From positions 32,001 to 96,000 of the forward strand of contig CAVYGN010000001.1 in assembly GCA_963768055.1 (NCBI GenBank): a DNA stretch of 64,000 nucleotides. The letters are read 5' to 3'. The notes beneath the pieces were generated by a model. The model saw only the letters and a program-made list of their open reading frames with translations, had not been told where the DNA came from and ran no database searches. Shown here in pieces: positions 9,658 to 20,419 of this stretch; positions within the stretch are counted from its first letter, which is position 1, and the number at the start of each line of letters is the position of its first letter. Origin of the DNA: an uncultured Spirochaetota bacterium. Its GTDB lineage: Bacteria; Spirochaetota; Brevinematia; Brevinematales; JAOACQ01. The translations under genes and the position numbers were made by a program.

Positions 9658-11529
9658 GTGCGAAACATTCATTCCTATTTTATATATTTTTTTCTTTTGC
9701 TTACCGTCCCGGCGCCTGTTTTTCTTTCAGGACAGGATTCAGGCGGCGTCCGTTACAAACCTTCGGTAGTTTTGCTGATGCCCGGAGGAAAGAATATTAC
9801 GGAAGCTTATTCAAATTTGTATTCCAGCCTGGAAGAATGCTTCGGTTCTTTCGAGGGAATAAAACTGATTACGAACAGGTCTCTCCTCGACAGTCTGCAG
9901 GAAAAAATGCCCCGCGGCGGCAGTTATTTTATAAGTTTCACCAATGTGAAAGATTATGCATATAAGAATTTCATTGACGAGGTTTTCTTGATATCAAACG
10001 GGAATACGGCGGAAGATTTCTTCGATTTCAGCGATATACATGTAGATGATGACCGGTATTTTGACCAAATCAGCAAATGGAAAGGACAGGAGATATCTGC
10101 AGACTATTTTGTCCATGTTATTCTTACAAATTTTTTCACCTATGGGGATTCACGCAGTCGTTATAACAGTCCTGATTTTTTAAATTTCAGCGGAAAATTC
10201 AAGCTTAAGGATTTAAAAACAGGAAAGACTTTCGACCTTGAGAAATACATCGGCAGGTTTGTTGTTTTGACACAATTCCCATCTTCAAGCTTCGACTACT
10301 CGAAATATATGCGGATGAAATACATTTTCTCAAAACTGAATTACAAATTTCCGGACATTGTCACTATTTTCGGAATATACGACACAGGCATCAACGAAAA
10401 ACTCAACAGCGCCAATATCCTTAAAGAAATGGACGTCATGGACGATCCCGGGCTTACCTTCCCTGTCGTCGACGTCACCTCCCTTCCCAGGGACGAACAC
10501 TCTGAATCATATCTTGGGGCATGTTATTACGGTTATTTAACAGGCGAAGGGATAACAAACAGGCAATTCGAAGTTTATGCCCATGAAAGATTTATATTCA
10601 GGATAATTGAGGATACCTTCTTTCCTGAAAAACAGGGAGATTTCCCGGTGACCCTTGTTGAGGCGGCAAGGGACGACGATTTTCCCATGGTAACACGGCT
10701 CATTAAAGAAGGCGCCGACCCTCTCGTAACCGAGGATTACCGCTATGCCCTCGATTGGGCGGTTTACTATAATAACAGTGCAATGATAGACGAAATAACA
10801 GGTGCGAGAACAAGTACGGAGGATATATACCATGCCGCGTCTATTGCGGTCGCCGGCGGGAAAAACGGCATTTTTGCCGGCCTTATGGAAAAAATAAACC
10901 GGTTGGGTAAACCCGATATTTTAAGACTGAAAAACATTTTTTCAATGGTGGAACAATCGAGAGATAAGAATTTACTTTCGGGTTTCAGCAACTCTTTCCC
11001 CGCAATTCCGTTTTTTTTCAGCAGCGCTTTCTCTTTCGAAAATCTTGTCAGGGCAGGCATTAAACCCGGTATCGAACCGGATTATCCTTTCCCTGTTTCG
11101 CTTCAGCCTCATAAATCCCATGAATGCGAGCTTTATGCCATGAAGCATGTATTGAAATACAAGTACAACTTCATCCTGGACATACCCGGGTGGGAAAAAA
11201 TTATGAAAAAAGGCAAGCTTGATGAGTGGTATTTCCCGGAATGTGCCTCGGTCGCTTATGGCGAAGGATTTGATTATGAGATTAATATAATAAACAGGGC
11301 CGATCCGGGACTTCTTTTCTATTATCTTTCAAAAGGTGAACCCGTAATAACCGAAAGGGAGTACGGCAGCGACAATCACCGGCACTCAGTTGTAGCTTAT
11401 TCCTACGATGAGAACGGAGTCTGGCTTTCGGATTCGGCTATCGGCAAAAGATGGGAGATACCCGTTGAAAAACTGATTACTAATGAAATATTTACCATGC
11501 GCGTATTAAAAAAGGCCGGTTCGAAATGA
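9658..11529 (+). CDS. Secreted multidomain protein (thioredoxin-like, ankyrin-like and C39-peptidase-like regions)
   Basis: Hydrophobic N-terminus; ankyrin-like LVEAARDDD...LIKEGADP...ALDWAV; C-terminal ECELYAM...HSVVAYSYD...LSDS with Cys/His/Asp. Confidence 0.5.
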   Translation: MRNIHSYFIYFFLLLTVPAPVFLSGQDSGGVRYKPSVVLLMPGGKNITEAYSNLYSSLEECFGSFEGIKLITNRSLLDSLQEKMPRGGSYFISFTNVKDYAYKNFIDEVFLISNGNTAEDFFDFSDIHVDDDRYFDQISKWKGQEISADYFVHVILTNFFTYGDSRSRYNSPDFLNFSGKFKLKDLKTGKTFDLEKYIGRFVVLTQFPSSSFDYSKYMRMKYIFSKLNYKFPDIVTIFGIYDTGINEKLNSANILKEMDVMDDPGLTFPVVDVTSLPRDEHSESYLGACYYGYLTGEGITNRQFEVYAHERFIFRIIEDTFFPEKQGDFPVTLVEAARDDDFPMVTRLIKEGADPLVTEDYRYALDWAVYYNNSAMIDEITGARTSTEDIYHAASIAVAGGKNGIFAGLMEKINRLGKPDILRLKNIFSMVEQSRDKNLLSGFSNSFPAIPFFFSSAFSFENLVRAGIKPGIEPDYPFPVSLQPHKSHECELYAMKHVLKYKYNFILDIPGWEKIMKKGKLDEWYFPECASVAYGEGFDYEINIINRADPGLLFYYLSKGEPVITEREYGSDNHRHSVVAYSYDENGVWLSDSAIGKRWEIPVEKLITNEIFTMRVLKKAGSK

Positions 11530-11698
11530 CGGCATTCATCGTCGAGCGCGCTTCCGGACAAAACTAATTACATTTCAGCCAAAATCGGGATTTTGATATA
11601 TATTCCCGCGGGCGCCTTCCAGTATGACGGTGCGGCCGGCGGCAATGCCGCATTCTTGAAGGCCTTACTCCCGTTTACTCTATCGGAGGCACCCCGCA

Positions 11699-12610
11699 TC
11701 AATTCTTTTTATCCTCTCTCTTAAATATACCGAGTATCGCCTTTCTTTTCCAGAATATGATTACTATAACTACAATAAATGGCGAGGCAATTAACAGATA
11801 ATACGGTAATTGGATAAGAAGATCAAGCAGAAATATCCCGGCTTTCCGGTAATCCGGAACATGAATGTTTTCCGGCCTTTTAGGGCCTTCGAGATGAATA
11901 TTGAACTTAGCCCAGCTGACAAGATCGTTAATTGACCATTCCTGGTATTCGGCCTGGTCGGCGGCATCTTCGCTTGCTTCCAGCGAGGCCTCGACTTCAT
12001 CCCATGTCCTTTTAGCGGCGGTAATCTGCCCGACAGCCCTGTTTTTTCTTTCAATGCGGATTTTTTCCCTGTCAGCCTTGATATTCGCCCAGACTCTTTC
12101 TCCGGTATGATCACCGACCGTTATATTTTCAGAAACAAGAGAGCCTGTTTGCTCAAGTTCCTTTATTACAATATAAAGCGATTCCGCCTTTATATTAGCC
12201 TGTACATCCATTGAAGACGAATATTCAATGTTAGCGCTTGCGGATGCAAGAAACCCGTACTTTTCGATAATATTAAGAAGTTCCAGGCGGGATCCGGCAA
12301 AATTTGTCGTCCTGTAAGAAAGATTTGCTATATACTCAAGATAACGCCCGTTAATCAACTCTCTTTTTGTCTGCGGAATAAAAGCAAAATTAAGGGAATC
12401 ATCCTCTTTTTCAGATGCATCCGGCTCCTTCTGTTCCGCCCTGTCGTTAAAATTGCCTGCCCTGTATTCCTTATCGGCCTGAATCGACAATACCGGTGAA
12501 TTTGCCGATTTCGGGGCTTCCCTTTTTTCATCGAATAATTTTTTCCCTCCGCAGGATAAGACGGCCATGGATACGGTAATACAAAGCATCAAACGAATTT
12601 TTCCACTCAT
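11699..12610 (-). CDS. DUF4349-type lipoprotein with C-terminal membrane anchor
   Basis: Lipobox AVLSC, central coiled coil, C-terminal hydrophobic helix followed by a basic tail. Confidence 0.65.
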   Translation of the reverse strand: MSGKIRLMLCITVSMAVLSCGGKKLFDEKREAPKSANSPVLSIQADKEYRAGNFNDRAEQKEPDASEKEDDSLNFAFIPQTKRELINGRYLEYIANLSYRTTNFAGSRLELLNIIEKYGFLASASANIEYSSSMDVQANIKAESLYIVIKELEQTGSLVSENITVGDHTGERVWANIKADREKIRIERKNRAVGQITAAKRTWDEVEASLEASEDAADQAEYQEWSINDLVSWAKFNIHLEGPKRPENIHVPDYRKAGIFLLDLLIQLPYYLLIASPFIVVIVIIFWKRKAILGIFKREDKKN

Positions 12611-12908
12611 AAATTTCTCCTTATAAAGATAAATTTCAGTTATAATTCAAGTAAACTTCTCTAATAATAACTACGCAGAAATAGCGTAAATGTAACAAAA
12701 ATATTTTTGATATGCAGTACCCTTCGGGCACCAGGGCACCATAGGGCGGTTTTATTACTATTAGAACATTAAATAAAAATTACCATTGACATCCCGATGC
12801 CGATTAACTAAAATTTAATATCTTGAAATAATAAAAAAAGGAGGTTATTTGCCGGGCAAAGTCCGGAAATTGGTAAAAGAAAATCGAAACAAAAGGAGGA
12901 AATGATTT

Positions 12909-13901
12909 ATGAGCAAATACTTATTATCTCTATTCGTTCTTCTGAGCGTTGTTTTACTGTCTTCGGGCGCATTTCCCGCGGATGCGAAAAAACAGTTCGA
13001 AGGGATCAATATTACCTTTTTCTGCGGGGGTAGCGAGGGCGGGGCTTTCGAATCCGTCGTTTACAGGGGGGCGAAGGCCGCCGAACAGGACCTGGGCTGC
13101 AAAGTGGCTTACGTCTGGTCCGACTGGCTTCCCGACAAAATGATAGCCCAGTTCAAGGACGCGATCGCGAGAAGGCCCGACGGAATCGCTGTCATGGGGC
13201 ATCCCGGAACCGCGGCCTTTATGCCCCTTGTCGACGAGGCTGAAAAAAAAGGCATCATAGTCACGAGCCAGAACACAACTCTTCCGGAAATCGAGGCTAA
13301 ATATAAGAACAGCGGGTTCGGCTATGTGGGCCAGGAACTTTACGCTTCCGGACTTCTATTGGGCAAGGGAGCGGCGGAAAGGGCCAAGCTTAAAAAGGGC
13401 GACAGGGCCATGGTATGGGGTCTTTTGAGCCAGCCTACCCGCGGTTTGCGGACGAAGGGCTGTGTCGACGCACTTAAAGAAATGGGCATCACCGTCGATT
13501 ATTATGAAATTTCCGACGCGATCAACGCCGACGCATCTCAGGGCACTCCGGTCATCACCAGCTATATTTCAACGCATCCCGATGTTAAATTGATCATAAC
13601 AGATCATGGAAATTTGACCTCCACCCTCAGCACATATTTGAAGGCCGCAAGGAAGAAACCTGGCGAGATATTCGGGGCCGGTTTCGACCTCAGCGCAGCG
13701 ACTGTGGATGCAATAAAGAGCGGCTGGGTCGGAGCCGTCCTTGACCAGCAGGAATGGCTCCAGGGATACCTGCCGATCCTTCAGATCTGCCTCTCGAAAA
13801 AATACGGCTTTTCGGGGCTTCATATAGACACCGGGGCCGCGATAATCGATAAGAGCAATATTGATTTTGTAGGTCCTCTTGCGGTGGCAGGGATCAGGTA
13901 A
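12909..13901 (+). CDS. Sugar ABC transporter substrate-binding protein (RbsB-like)
   Basis: Signal peptide, PDGIAV, AGFDLS and DQQEWLQGY; strong AGGAGG RBS. Confidence 0.9.
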   Translation: MSKYLLSLFVLLSVVLLSSGAFPADAKKQFEGINITFFCGGSEGGAFESVVYRGAKAAEQDLGCKVAYVWSDWLPDKMIAQFKDAIARRPDGIAVMGHPGTAAFMPLVDEAEKKGIIVTSQNTTLPEIEAKYKNSGFGYVGQELYASGLLLGKGAAERAKLKKGDRAMVWGLLSQPTRGLRTKGCVDALKEMGITVDYYEISDAINADASQGTPVITSYISTHPDVKLIITDHGNLTSTLSTYLKAARKKPGEIFGAGFDLSAATVDAIKSGWVGAVLDQQEWLQGYLPILQICLSKKYGFSGLHIDTGAAIIDKSNIDFVGPLAVAGIR

Positions 13902-13920
13902 GTATCCAAGGGGTTTAGTA

Positions 13921-14694
13921 ATGGCTGATAAAAATGGTAATAGCGACCTCCTCCGCATGAAAAATATACATAAGTCTTTCGGGGAGGTCAGGGTCTTGAA
14001 GGGAATCGATTTTCATGTCGGCTTTAACGAGATCGTCGGACTCGTAGGAGATAACGGCGCTGGAAAATCCACCCTGATCAAGATCATAACCGGGGTGCAC
14101 ATGCCGACCTCGGGCGATATCTTCTATAAGGGCGGCAGGATAACAATCCATTCCGTGAAAAGATCGAGGGAACTTGGGATCGAGACAGTCTACCAGGAAA
14201 GGGCCCTTGCGGATCAGCAGACTATGTGGCGGAACCTGTTCGCTGGAAGAGAGATAACCGGCGCTCTGGGTTTTTTAAAAGTAAAGGAACAAAGGACCCG
14301 GACTGAAAGTCTCCTTCGCGAGCAGATGGGATACACCTCGAAGGCCATAACCGTAGATTCGGATGTGAAATACCTTTCGGGGGGTGAAAAGCAGGGCGTC
14401 GCCATCAGCAGGGCCCTCTTTTTTAACGCGGACCTGATCATCCTCGACGAACCTACGACCGGGCTGTCCCTTTCGGAAACGAAGAAAGTTCTCGACATGG
14501 TGACGGATATAAAAAGCAAAGGGAAATCAGCCATTTTTATCAGCCACAACATTTACTATGTCTATCCCGTCGTCGATAGGTTCGTGATCCTGGACAGGGG
14601 GAAAATAGCGGGCGACATACTAAAAAGGGATATAAGCCAGGAAGATCTGGTTACAAAGATGCTTCACCTGGCCAAAACAGGCGAGTTGAGTTGA
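13921..14694 (+). CDS. Sugar ABC transporter ATP-binding protein
   Basis: Walker A GDNGAGKST, signature LSGGEKQ, Walker B IILDEPT, H-loop ISH. Confidence 0.93.
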   Translation: MADKNGNSDLLRMKNIHKSFGEVRVLKGIDFHVGFNEIVGLVGDNGAGKSTLIKIITGVHMPTSGDIFYKGGRITIHSVKRSRELGIETVYQERALADQQTMWRNLFAGREITGALGFLKVKEQRTRTESLLREQMGYTSKAITVDSDVKYLSGGEKQGVAISRALFFNADLIILDEPTTGLSLSETKKVLDMVTDIKSKGKSAIFISHNIYYVYPVVDRFVILDRGKIAGDILKRDISQEDLVTKMLHLAKTGELS

Positions 14695-14826
14695 GGGCGG
14701 TTCAAATTACCTGCAATATTGATTGCAATATGCGTTATAATTATAATTAAATCGCCCAATGGGTACTACCTATCCGCCTTGCCTGTACCGGCTTGTCCGG
14801 TGAAAAGGCGGTTATTAGAAGTACCC
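14695..14826. mobile_element. MITE-like element, copy B (132 bp, TTGA target duplication)
   Basis: Ends GGGCGGTTCAAATTAC and GTTATTAGAAGTACCC; TTGA on both sides (14691-14694 and 14827-14830). Confidence 0.75.
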
Positions 14827-14886
14827 TTGAAGGTAACCCGCCCGGGCATATGAAATCCGGGCGGGATATTATTTGAGAGGCTACTG

Positions 14887-15837
14887 ATGCGATTAAAAGA
14901 AATGAGGCTTGAAATCAGTATTTTTATCGTATTCCTTATTGTTTACGGCGTCTTTCTCATCGGAAACCCCAGGGTCTTTACAAGTTACGATATCTATTAT
15001 TCTTTTATGTCCACTATTCCTTTCACCGGGATACTGGCGCTGGCAATGACATTCGTCGTTATCCTCGGGGAGATAGATCTGTCGTTCCCTTCCGTGCTGG
15101 CTCTCTGCGGCTGGATTTTCGGCACAGTTTTCATAGCGACAAAAAATATCTGGCTCGCTGCTTTATGCTGTTTCGCCGCAGGCGTCATAGCGGGTCTATT
15201 GAATTCTTTTTTTATCGTCAGGATCGGGATACCGTCGATCGTCGCCACGATAGGGACCCAGTTCTTTTTCAGGGGCCTTGTGAACGTTGTCGCCGAAGGG
15301 AACGGAATTCCCCTTGTAGACGCGAAAAGCACCCTGTTTTATCAGCTCTGCGTCGGAAGGATCGGCGGGGTCGTTCCTGCGCAGGCCATCTGGTTCCTTG
15401 TACTGGGGGCAGGTTTCTGGTTTCTGTTGATGCGTCATAAATTCGGGTCCCATGTACTGTTTGTCGGGGACAATAGGGACAGTGCAAGAATGATGGGTAT
15501 AAATAACGATTTAATAAAAACCCTGGTTTTTGTCCAGATGGGGATCATTACCGCTTTTGTATCGATCCTTTCGAACCTGGAAGTTACCTATTTCTATCCG
15601 AGCCAGGGGCAGGGCTATCTCCTGACAACCCTGGCGGCCGTCTTTATCGGAGGCACATCCGTTTTCGGCGGAAAAGGGACGATTTTCGGCACCTTTATAG
15701 GGGCGCTGATAATAGGCTCCCTCGAGGCCGGCATTATCACCCTCGGTCTTACAGGCTTTCTGATCCAGCTTATTTATGGCGCGATTATCCTGGTCTCGGT
15801 GACGATCTACGCCCTCATGCAGAGGAAAGAGGTGTAG
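14887..15837 (+). CDS. Sugar ABC transporter permease (RbsC-like)
   Basis: GEIDLSF, IPSIVATIG, GDNRDSARMMGI and AAVFIGGTSVFGGKG motifs. Confidence 0.92.
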   Translation: MRLKEMRLEISIFIVFLIVYGVFLIGNPRVFTSYDIYYSFMSTIPFTGILALAMTFVVILGEIDLSFPSVLALCGWIFGTVFIATKNIWLAALCCFAAGVIAGLLNSFFIVRIGIPSIVATIGTQFFFRGLVNVVAEGNGIPLVDAKSTLFYQLCVGRIGGVVPAQAIWFLVLGAGFWFLLMRHKFGSHVLFVGDNRDSARMMGINNDLIKTLVFVQMGIITAFVSILSNLEVTYFYPSQGQGYLLTTLAAVFIGGTSVFGGKGTIFGTFIGALIIGSLEAGIITLGLTGFLIQLIYGAIILVSVTIYALMQRKEV

Positions 15838-15843
15838 GGAGCC

Positions 15844-17214
15844 CTAAGGCTTCCTGAATATCCTGTTGCCCGTCTCCTGAATAAAATCGAACATTTCCAG
15901 CGCCGGCCTGTAAATATAGAAGTAATGGAACCTGGGGGATTTTTCCGTCTCCCTGACTTCCTTGAAACTGCCCCGGCAGGTGAAAATGATAACTATCCTG
16001 AGCAGGGCTGAAATAATAAACACAAGCTGGAAGGCGTTGAAAATCATCAGGGAGATATTTTTTTTAAGGAACAATTCAGCCAGCGCTCCGCCGGTAGCGG
16101 CGCCCAGGAATACGCATGGCATATTGAGCATGTTGAAATATGACATGATCTTTGAAATATTTTCCTTCCTTACCGCGTCGAATATATAATTGCTCGTCGC
16201 AAGGCTCACTCCGGCCCAGACGAAGCCGCTGAAGAATTGTATCATCACAAGGATGTAAAAATTCCTGAAAAATGACCATCCGAAGGCTATTAACGGCAGG
16301 GCCAGGCAAGAAATGATAAGCACCCGGTAATTCCCGTATTTGTCGGATAGCGGCCCCCAGTAGGTCATAAATATGAGGGAGGCGATCTGCTGGGCCATCA
16401 TGACGATCGTGAACTGGAGATAATTCATGCGGATGCTTTTCAGGATATATACAGGCAGGATCGCTCCTGCCATATTTGTAGAAAAAGTTATAAGAATGCT
16501 GAACAGTACGAAGCGGCCGAAATTGGTTGTAAAGAGTTTTGTCAGGAATATCCTGAATTTGAACGAATGGCTTTCTTCTGTGACTTTCATCCGGGGCTCG
16601 TATTGCCTTTTTAAGAAAAAGATGCTTGAAAACCTGAATAAAAAACCGGCGATCATCAGGAACCCGAAAGCTGTAATTTCGAAATTGTTTTTTTTCGAGA
16701 AATAAAGAAGGAGCCCTGCGAGGGATATGGCTGCGAATTGGGCTATGCCCGAGTAGCGGTTCCTGATACCCCAGTACTCGCCCTTTATTTTGCGCGGCAT
16801 CAGGTCGTTCATCCAGGACAGCCAGCCCGGCACTGCGAAATTATTTACTGTCAGGCCTATGCTGTAGAAAATCACAACGACCCAGGGATTGCCGGTCAGG
16901 ACCGTTATTGAAAACACCAGGACCCATGAAAAAGCATGGATGATATTGCATGTTATCGACAGGATTCTTCTTTTACCGAGCCATGTGACGAACCTTGCCC
17001 CGGCAAGCTGGGATACACCTATTCCCAGCTGTCCGAAACCCGTTATAAGGCTTACCTGGAGAACGGTCGCACCGAAGAGGAGGGCGAAAGGCACGACGAA
17101 ATTTTCAGACAGCCCGTACATCAGGGACCAGACAATGCCGTCGAGATTTGAGAAGTATAGCCCCCGCCTGATGTCCTTGTTTCCTACCCTGGCCAGAAAA
17201 GAGTTTAGAGACAT
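15844..17214 (-). CDS. MFS transporter
   Basis: About 12 TM segments and a WGPLSDKYGN MFS motif A variant. Confidence 0.85.
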   Translation of the reverse strand: MSLNSFLARVGNKDIRRGLYFSNLDGIVWSLMYGLSENFVVPFALLFGATVLQVSLITGFGQLGIGVSQLAGARFVTWLGKRRILSITCNIIHAFSWVLVFSITVLTGNPWVVVIFYSIGLTVNNFAVPGWLSWMNDLMPRKIKGEYWGIRNRYSGIAQFAAISLAGLLLYFSKKNNFEITAFGFLMIAGFLFRFSSIFFLKRQYEPRMKVTEESHSFKFRIFLTKLFTTNFGRFVLFSILITFSTNMAGAILPVYILKSIRMNYLQFTIVMMAQQIASLIFMTYWGPLSDKYGNYRVLIISCLALPLIAFGWSFFRNFYILVMIQFFSGFVWAGVSLATSNYIFDAVRKENISKIMSYFNMLNMPCVFLGAATGGALAELFLKKNISLMIFNAFQLVFIISALLRIVIIFTCRGSFKEVRETEKSPRFHYFYIYRPALEMFDFIQETGNRIFRKP

Positions 17215-17244
17215 TGAGAAAGTCCTTCCGGTTTTGTTATTAAA

Positions 17245-17354
17245 GGGCAGTTCTAATAACTAGATTATTAATAACAATTATAATGCTAATTATATGTAAT
17301 CTGCCCTATGGGCACTACCTTACCGACGCGAAGCGGAGGTTTTTAGAAGTGCCC
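17245..17354. mobile_element. MITE-like element, copy C (110 bp, TAAA target duplication)
   Basis: Ends GGGCAGTTCTAATAAC and GTTTTTAGAAGTGCCC (14/16 inverted match); TAAA on both sides (17241-17244 and 17355-17358). Confidence 0.8.
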
Positions 17355-17600
17355 TAAAATTAAAAAAGCAAAATGCCGGTTCCTTTGCAAGGTTTAGTAT
17401 AAATAACACATAAAAATATTGCCAATAATATCGGCATCCTTTAAGCTAACTGTATACTGAATTATGAATTGGGATGGATTTGCGGCTCAAGCGGCTTTTT
17501 TTTCCCCGTATGCCGCACGCACAGCCGGCTTTAAGCTTGCAGGCTTGAGACAAGTAAATTATAATGAATCAGTCTGATTATCTGCGCTGGGAGGCGACTT

Positions 17601-18629
17601 ATGGGGTTTAAAGGGATTTCCGGCATTATGTTAGCCCTTTCGCTTGGAGCGGTCTCAGGGTTTTCACAGAAGAGTTTAAAGGGAAATAGCGATTACGAAA
17701 TCGGCACATGGCAGGATTTTAAAGCCGCGGCAATATGTTTTACATTTGACGACGGATGCCTCAATCAATATAAGACAGCGATCCCGATGTTCAATGAATA
17801 CGGTTTTAAACTGACCATGTTTACAGTGACAAGCTGGTCGCCGGATTGGGAAAAGCTGAAGAAAGCATCGTTAAACGGCCACGAAATTGCTTCTCATACT
17901 GTGCATCATTCCACATTGGGCCAATTACCGGACGATTTGCAGGCTTCGGAACTTGCAAACTCGCAAAATGAGATAAATAAATATATTACGGATAAAAAGT
18001 GCCTGACCCTGGCTTACCCGAATTGTGTAACGGGTAATTACGATATCATCGGTAAATATTATATAGCGGCCCGGGGATGCCAGGGATTCATCGAAGGCAG
18101 CACTCCGAATGATTTTATGGATATCAGCTCGATAATCTGCGGCGTTCAGGGGACTGTAAAAACCGCCGGCGATTTTATAAATAAGACGGATAGCGCCGTA
18201 TCTTCAGGCGGTTTATGTGTTTTCTTAATACATGCAATTGATGATGACAGCGGATATTCTCCTTTATTATCGAGCGAACTCAGAAAAGAACTCGAATACT
18301 TGAAAAATATTAATGATAAAGTATGGGTGGCCGCTTTCAGGGACATAGTTATCTATATCAGGGAACGAAATTCCGTTTCTATAATCGAAACTTCCAATCG
18401 AAATAACATCATAACCTTGAATGTCGACGACGGCCTGGATAAATCAATCTACAATTACCCCCTCACTATAAGGAGAAAGCTTCCAAAAAATTACAATGGC
18501 GCTTCTGTTTCTCAAAACGGTAAAGAGGTCAAATCTTCGATTGTAAACATCGATTCGGCGGGTTATGTTATGTTTGACGTCGTGCCGGATAACGGCGACG
18601 TGGTATTGAATCTTAAAAAAAATGATTGA
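17601..18629 (+). CDS. Secreted polysaccharide deacetylase (CE4/NodB)
   Basis: FTFDDG, GHEIASHTVHH, LAYP and LIH motifs; signal peptide. Confidence 0.88.
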   Translation: MGFKGISGIMLALSLGAVSGFSQKSLKGNSDYEIGTWQDFKAAAICFTFDDGCLNQYKTAIPMFNEYGFKLTMFTVTSWSPDWEKLKKASLNGHEIASHTVHHSTLGQLPDDLQASELANSQNEINKYITDKKCLTLAYPNCVTGNYDIIGKYYIAARGCQGFIEGSTPNDFMDISSIICGVQGTVKTAGDFINKTDSAVSSGGLCVFLIHAIDDDSGYSPLLSSELRKELEYLKNINDKVWVAAFRDIVIYIRERNSVSIIETSNRNNIITLNVDDGLDKSIYNYPLTIRRKLPKNYNGASVSQNGKEVKSSIVNIDSAGYVMFDVVPDNGDVVLNLKKND

Positions 18630-18692
18630 AAATTTTCATCCGGACAAGCCGTATAAGCTGTGAATTATAATTAATTATATTAATGGAGTGAA

Positions 18693-20375
18693 ATGATGAA
18701 AATTTCGGTTAACCATCTCGGGTTCAGGCCCCTTGACCATGACAAAAGGGCTGTAATATGGGGAAAAGAAAGGTTCGCGGAATTCCAGATAATCAACCTG
18801 GCCGAAATGGGATACAATGAGATCGGGCCGAATTCAAAGCCGAACAGCATTATCTACAGCGGTCCCCTGATTAAAAAACGATACGAATGGGGGGAATATT
18901 ATATCGCGGATTTTTCCGATTTTTCAAAACCGGGTATTTACATGGTCACCCTGGATAATAAATTCAATTCGGTGCCGTTCCATATAAGGGATGACCTGTA
19001 CGCCAGGACCCTGCGCAAGGCTTTCGACTATATCCATATACAACGCTGCGGCGAAGGGGTTCCGGGTTACCACCCTCCATGCCATCTTGACGATGCCCGC
19101 CGCAGGGATACGGGAGAACATATCGATACGGCCGGGGGCTGGCATGACGCCGGGGACCTCAGGAAATGGGTCGCACATACGCTGCTCCTGGGAATAGGGA
19201 TCTGCGAGCTCAAAAGGCTGGCGGATCCGGCCTGGAATTTATTCGATCAAAAGGAGGGGGATCTTTTAAGCGAGCTGCGCTGGGGCAACTCTTTCTTTTT
19301 GAAAGTTCAGGAGGAAAGCGGTCTTGTATGGCATGACGTTGCCGGAGGCGTCGACGGCGACAACAGCGATAATCACTGGACGGACAATATTTCCGGCACG
19401 CCTGACGACAGGTACATCAATACGGAATATCTGCCGCTTATCCAGTGGGAATTCATATATTTCGAATCTATGATGTCGCATCTATTCAGGGATGCAGATC
19501 CCCTATACAGCCGCCGATGCCTGGATGCGGCAGCGAAAACCTTTGATTTCATGAAAAATAAAAAGAATAGCAGACCCGATGAGGCATCCTGGGCAATACT
19601 GGCGCTGCTGGAATTTGAAAAAGATAATGGCCGGGCTGAAGCAATAACTCGCCTTACCGGCGAGATAAATCTTCTTCTCGATCTTCAGGAGAAAGGATAC
19701 CGCTTCGGCCGGGAAAATGTCCGGGGTTTCTGGTACAAGGATCTTTCGAAAAAAGACTTCTTCCGATCAAGCCGCGATTCAGGGCTTCCGCTTATCGCCC
19801 TTTCCGAGGCCGCCCTATCGGTAAGCGAGCCCGGACTTAAGGAAAAGTGCCTGGATGCGCTTTCGATCCATTGCCATGATTACGCGCTGCCAATGGCCTT
19901 AAAGAGTCCCTTCGGTATAATTCCCTTCGGCCTCTACAAGGGAAAACCGACAAGGGAAAAATACCGCCCTGCAGGAGGCGGCATCTTTTTCAGGTTCTTC
20001 GCCCCGGCAATTTCACCCATGTATTCGGGGTTGACATCCCATCTTCTTTCTTACGCTGTCGGCCTGACAATGGCCGGGAATATTTTAAAAGAAGAGGTGC
20101 TGAAAGGCACGGGCCGTCAGCAAGCGGAGTGGGTAATGGGGGGCAATCCCTTGAATTCCTGCCTTATGACCGGCGAAGGGATCAATAATCCTTATCCTCA
20201 TTCCCGTTTCCTGGGGCTTATCCCCGGCGGGATAATGAACGGGATCGCCGGACTCGAAGACGACAAGCCTTTTCTCGACCTTTCTTATATGATGGACTGG
20301 CGGACGACCGAGTACTGGAGCCCGCATACCTGTTTTTATATATGGTTTGCAAGCCTTATTGAAAATCGACTTTAA
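18693..20375 (+). CDS. Glycoside hydrolase family 9 with N-terminal Ig-like domain
   Basis: VNHLGF, QRCG, GGWHDAGD, GGNPLNSCLMTGEG and TTEYW motifs. Confidence 0.88.
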   Translation: MMKISVNHLGFRPLDHDKRAVIWGKERFAEFQIINLAEMGYNEIGPNSKPNSIIYSGPLIKKRYEWGEYYIADFSDFSKPGIYMVTLDNKFNSVPFHIRDDLYARTLRKAFDYIHIQRCGEGVPGYHPPCHLDDARRRDTGEHIDTAGGWHDAGDLRKWVAHTLLLGIGICELKRLADPAWNLFDQKEGDLLSELRWGNSFFLKVQEESGLVWHDVAGGVDGDNSDNHWTDNISGTPDDRYINTEYLPLIQWEFIYFESMMSHLFRDADPLYSRRCLDAAAKTFDFMKNKKNSRPDEASWAILALLEFEKDNGRAEAITRLTGEINLLLDLQEKGYRFGRENVRGFWYKDLSKKDFFRSSRDSGLPLIALSEAALSVSEPGLKEKCLDALSIHCHDYALPMALKSPFGIIPFGLYKGKPTREKYRPAGGGIFFRFFAPAISPMYSGLTSHLLSYAVGLTMAGNILKEEVLKGTGRQQAEWVMGGNPLNSCLMTGEGINNPYPHSRFLGLIPGGIMNGIAGLEDDKPFLDLSYMMDWRTTEYWSPHTCFYIWFASLIENRL

Positions 20376-20419
20376 TTGCGGTGGCGGTTATTGAGAAATA
20401 ATTTTTCAAGAGGAATAAA

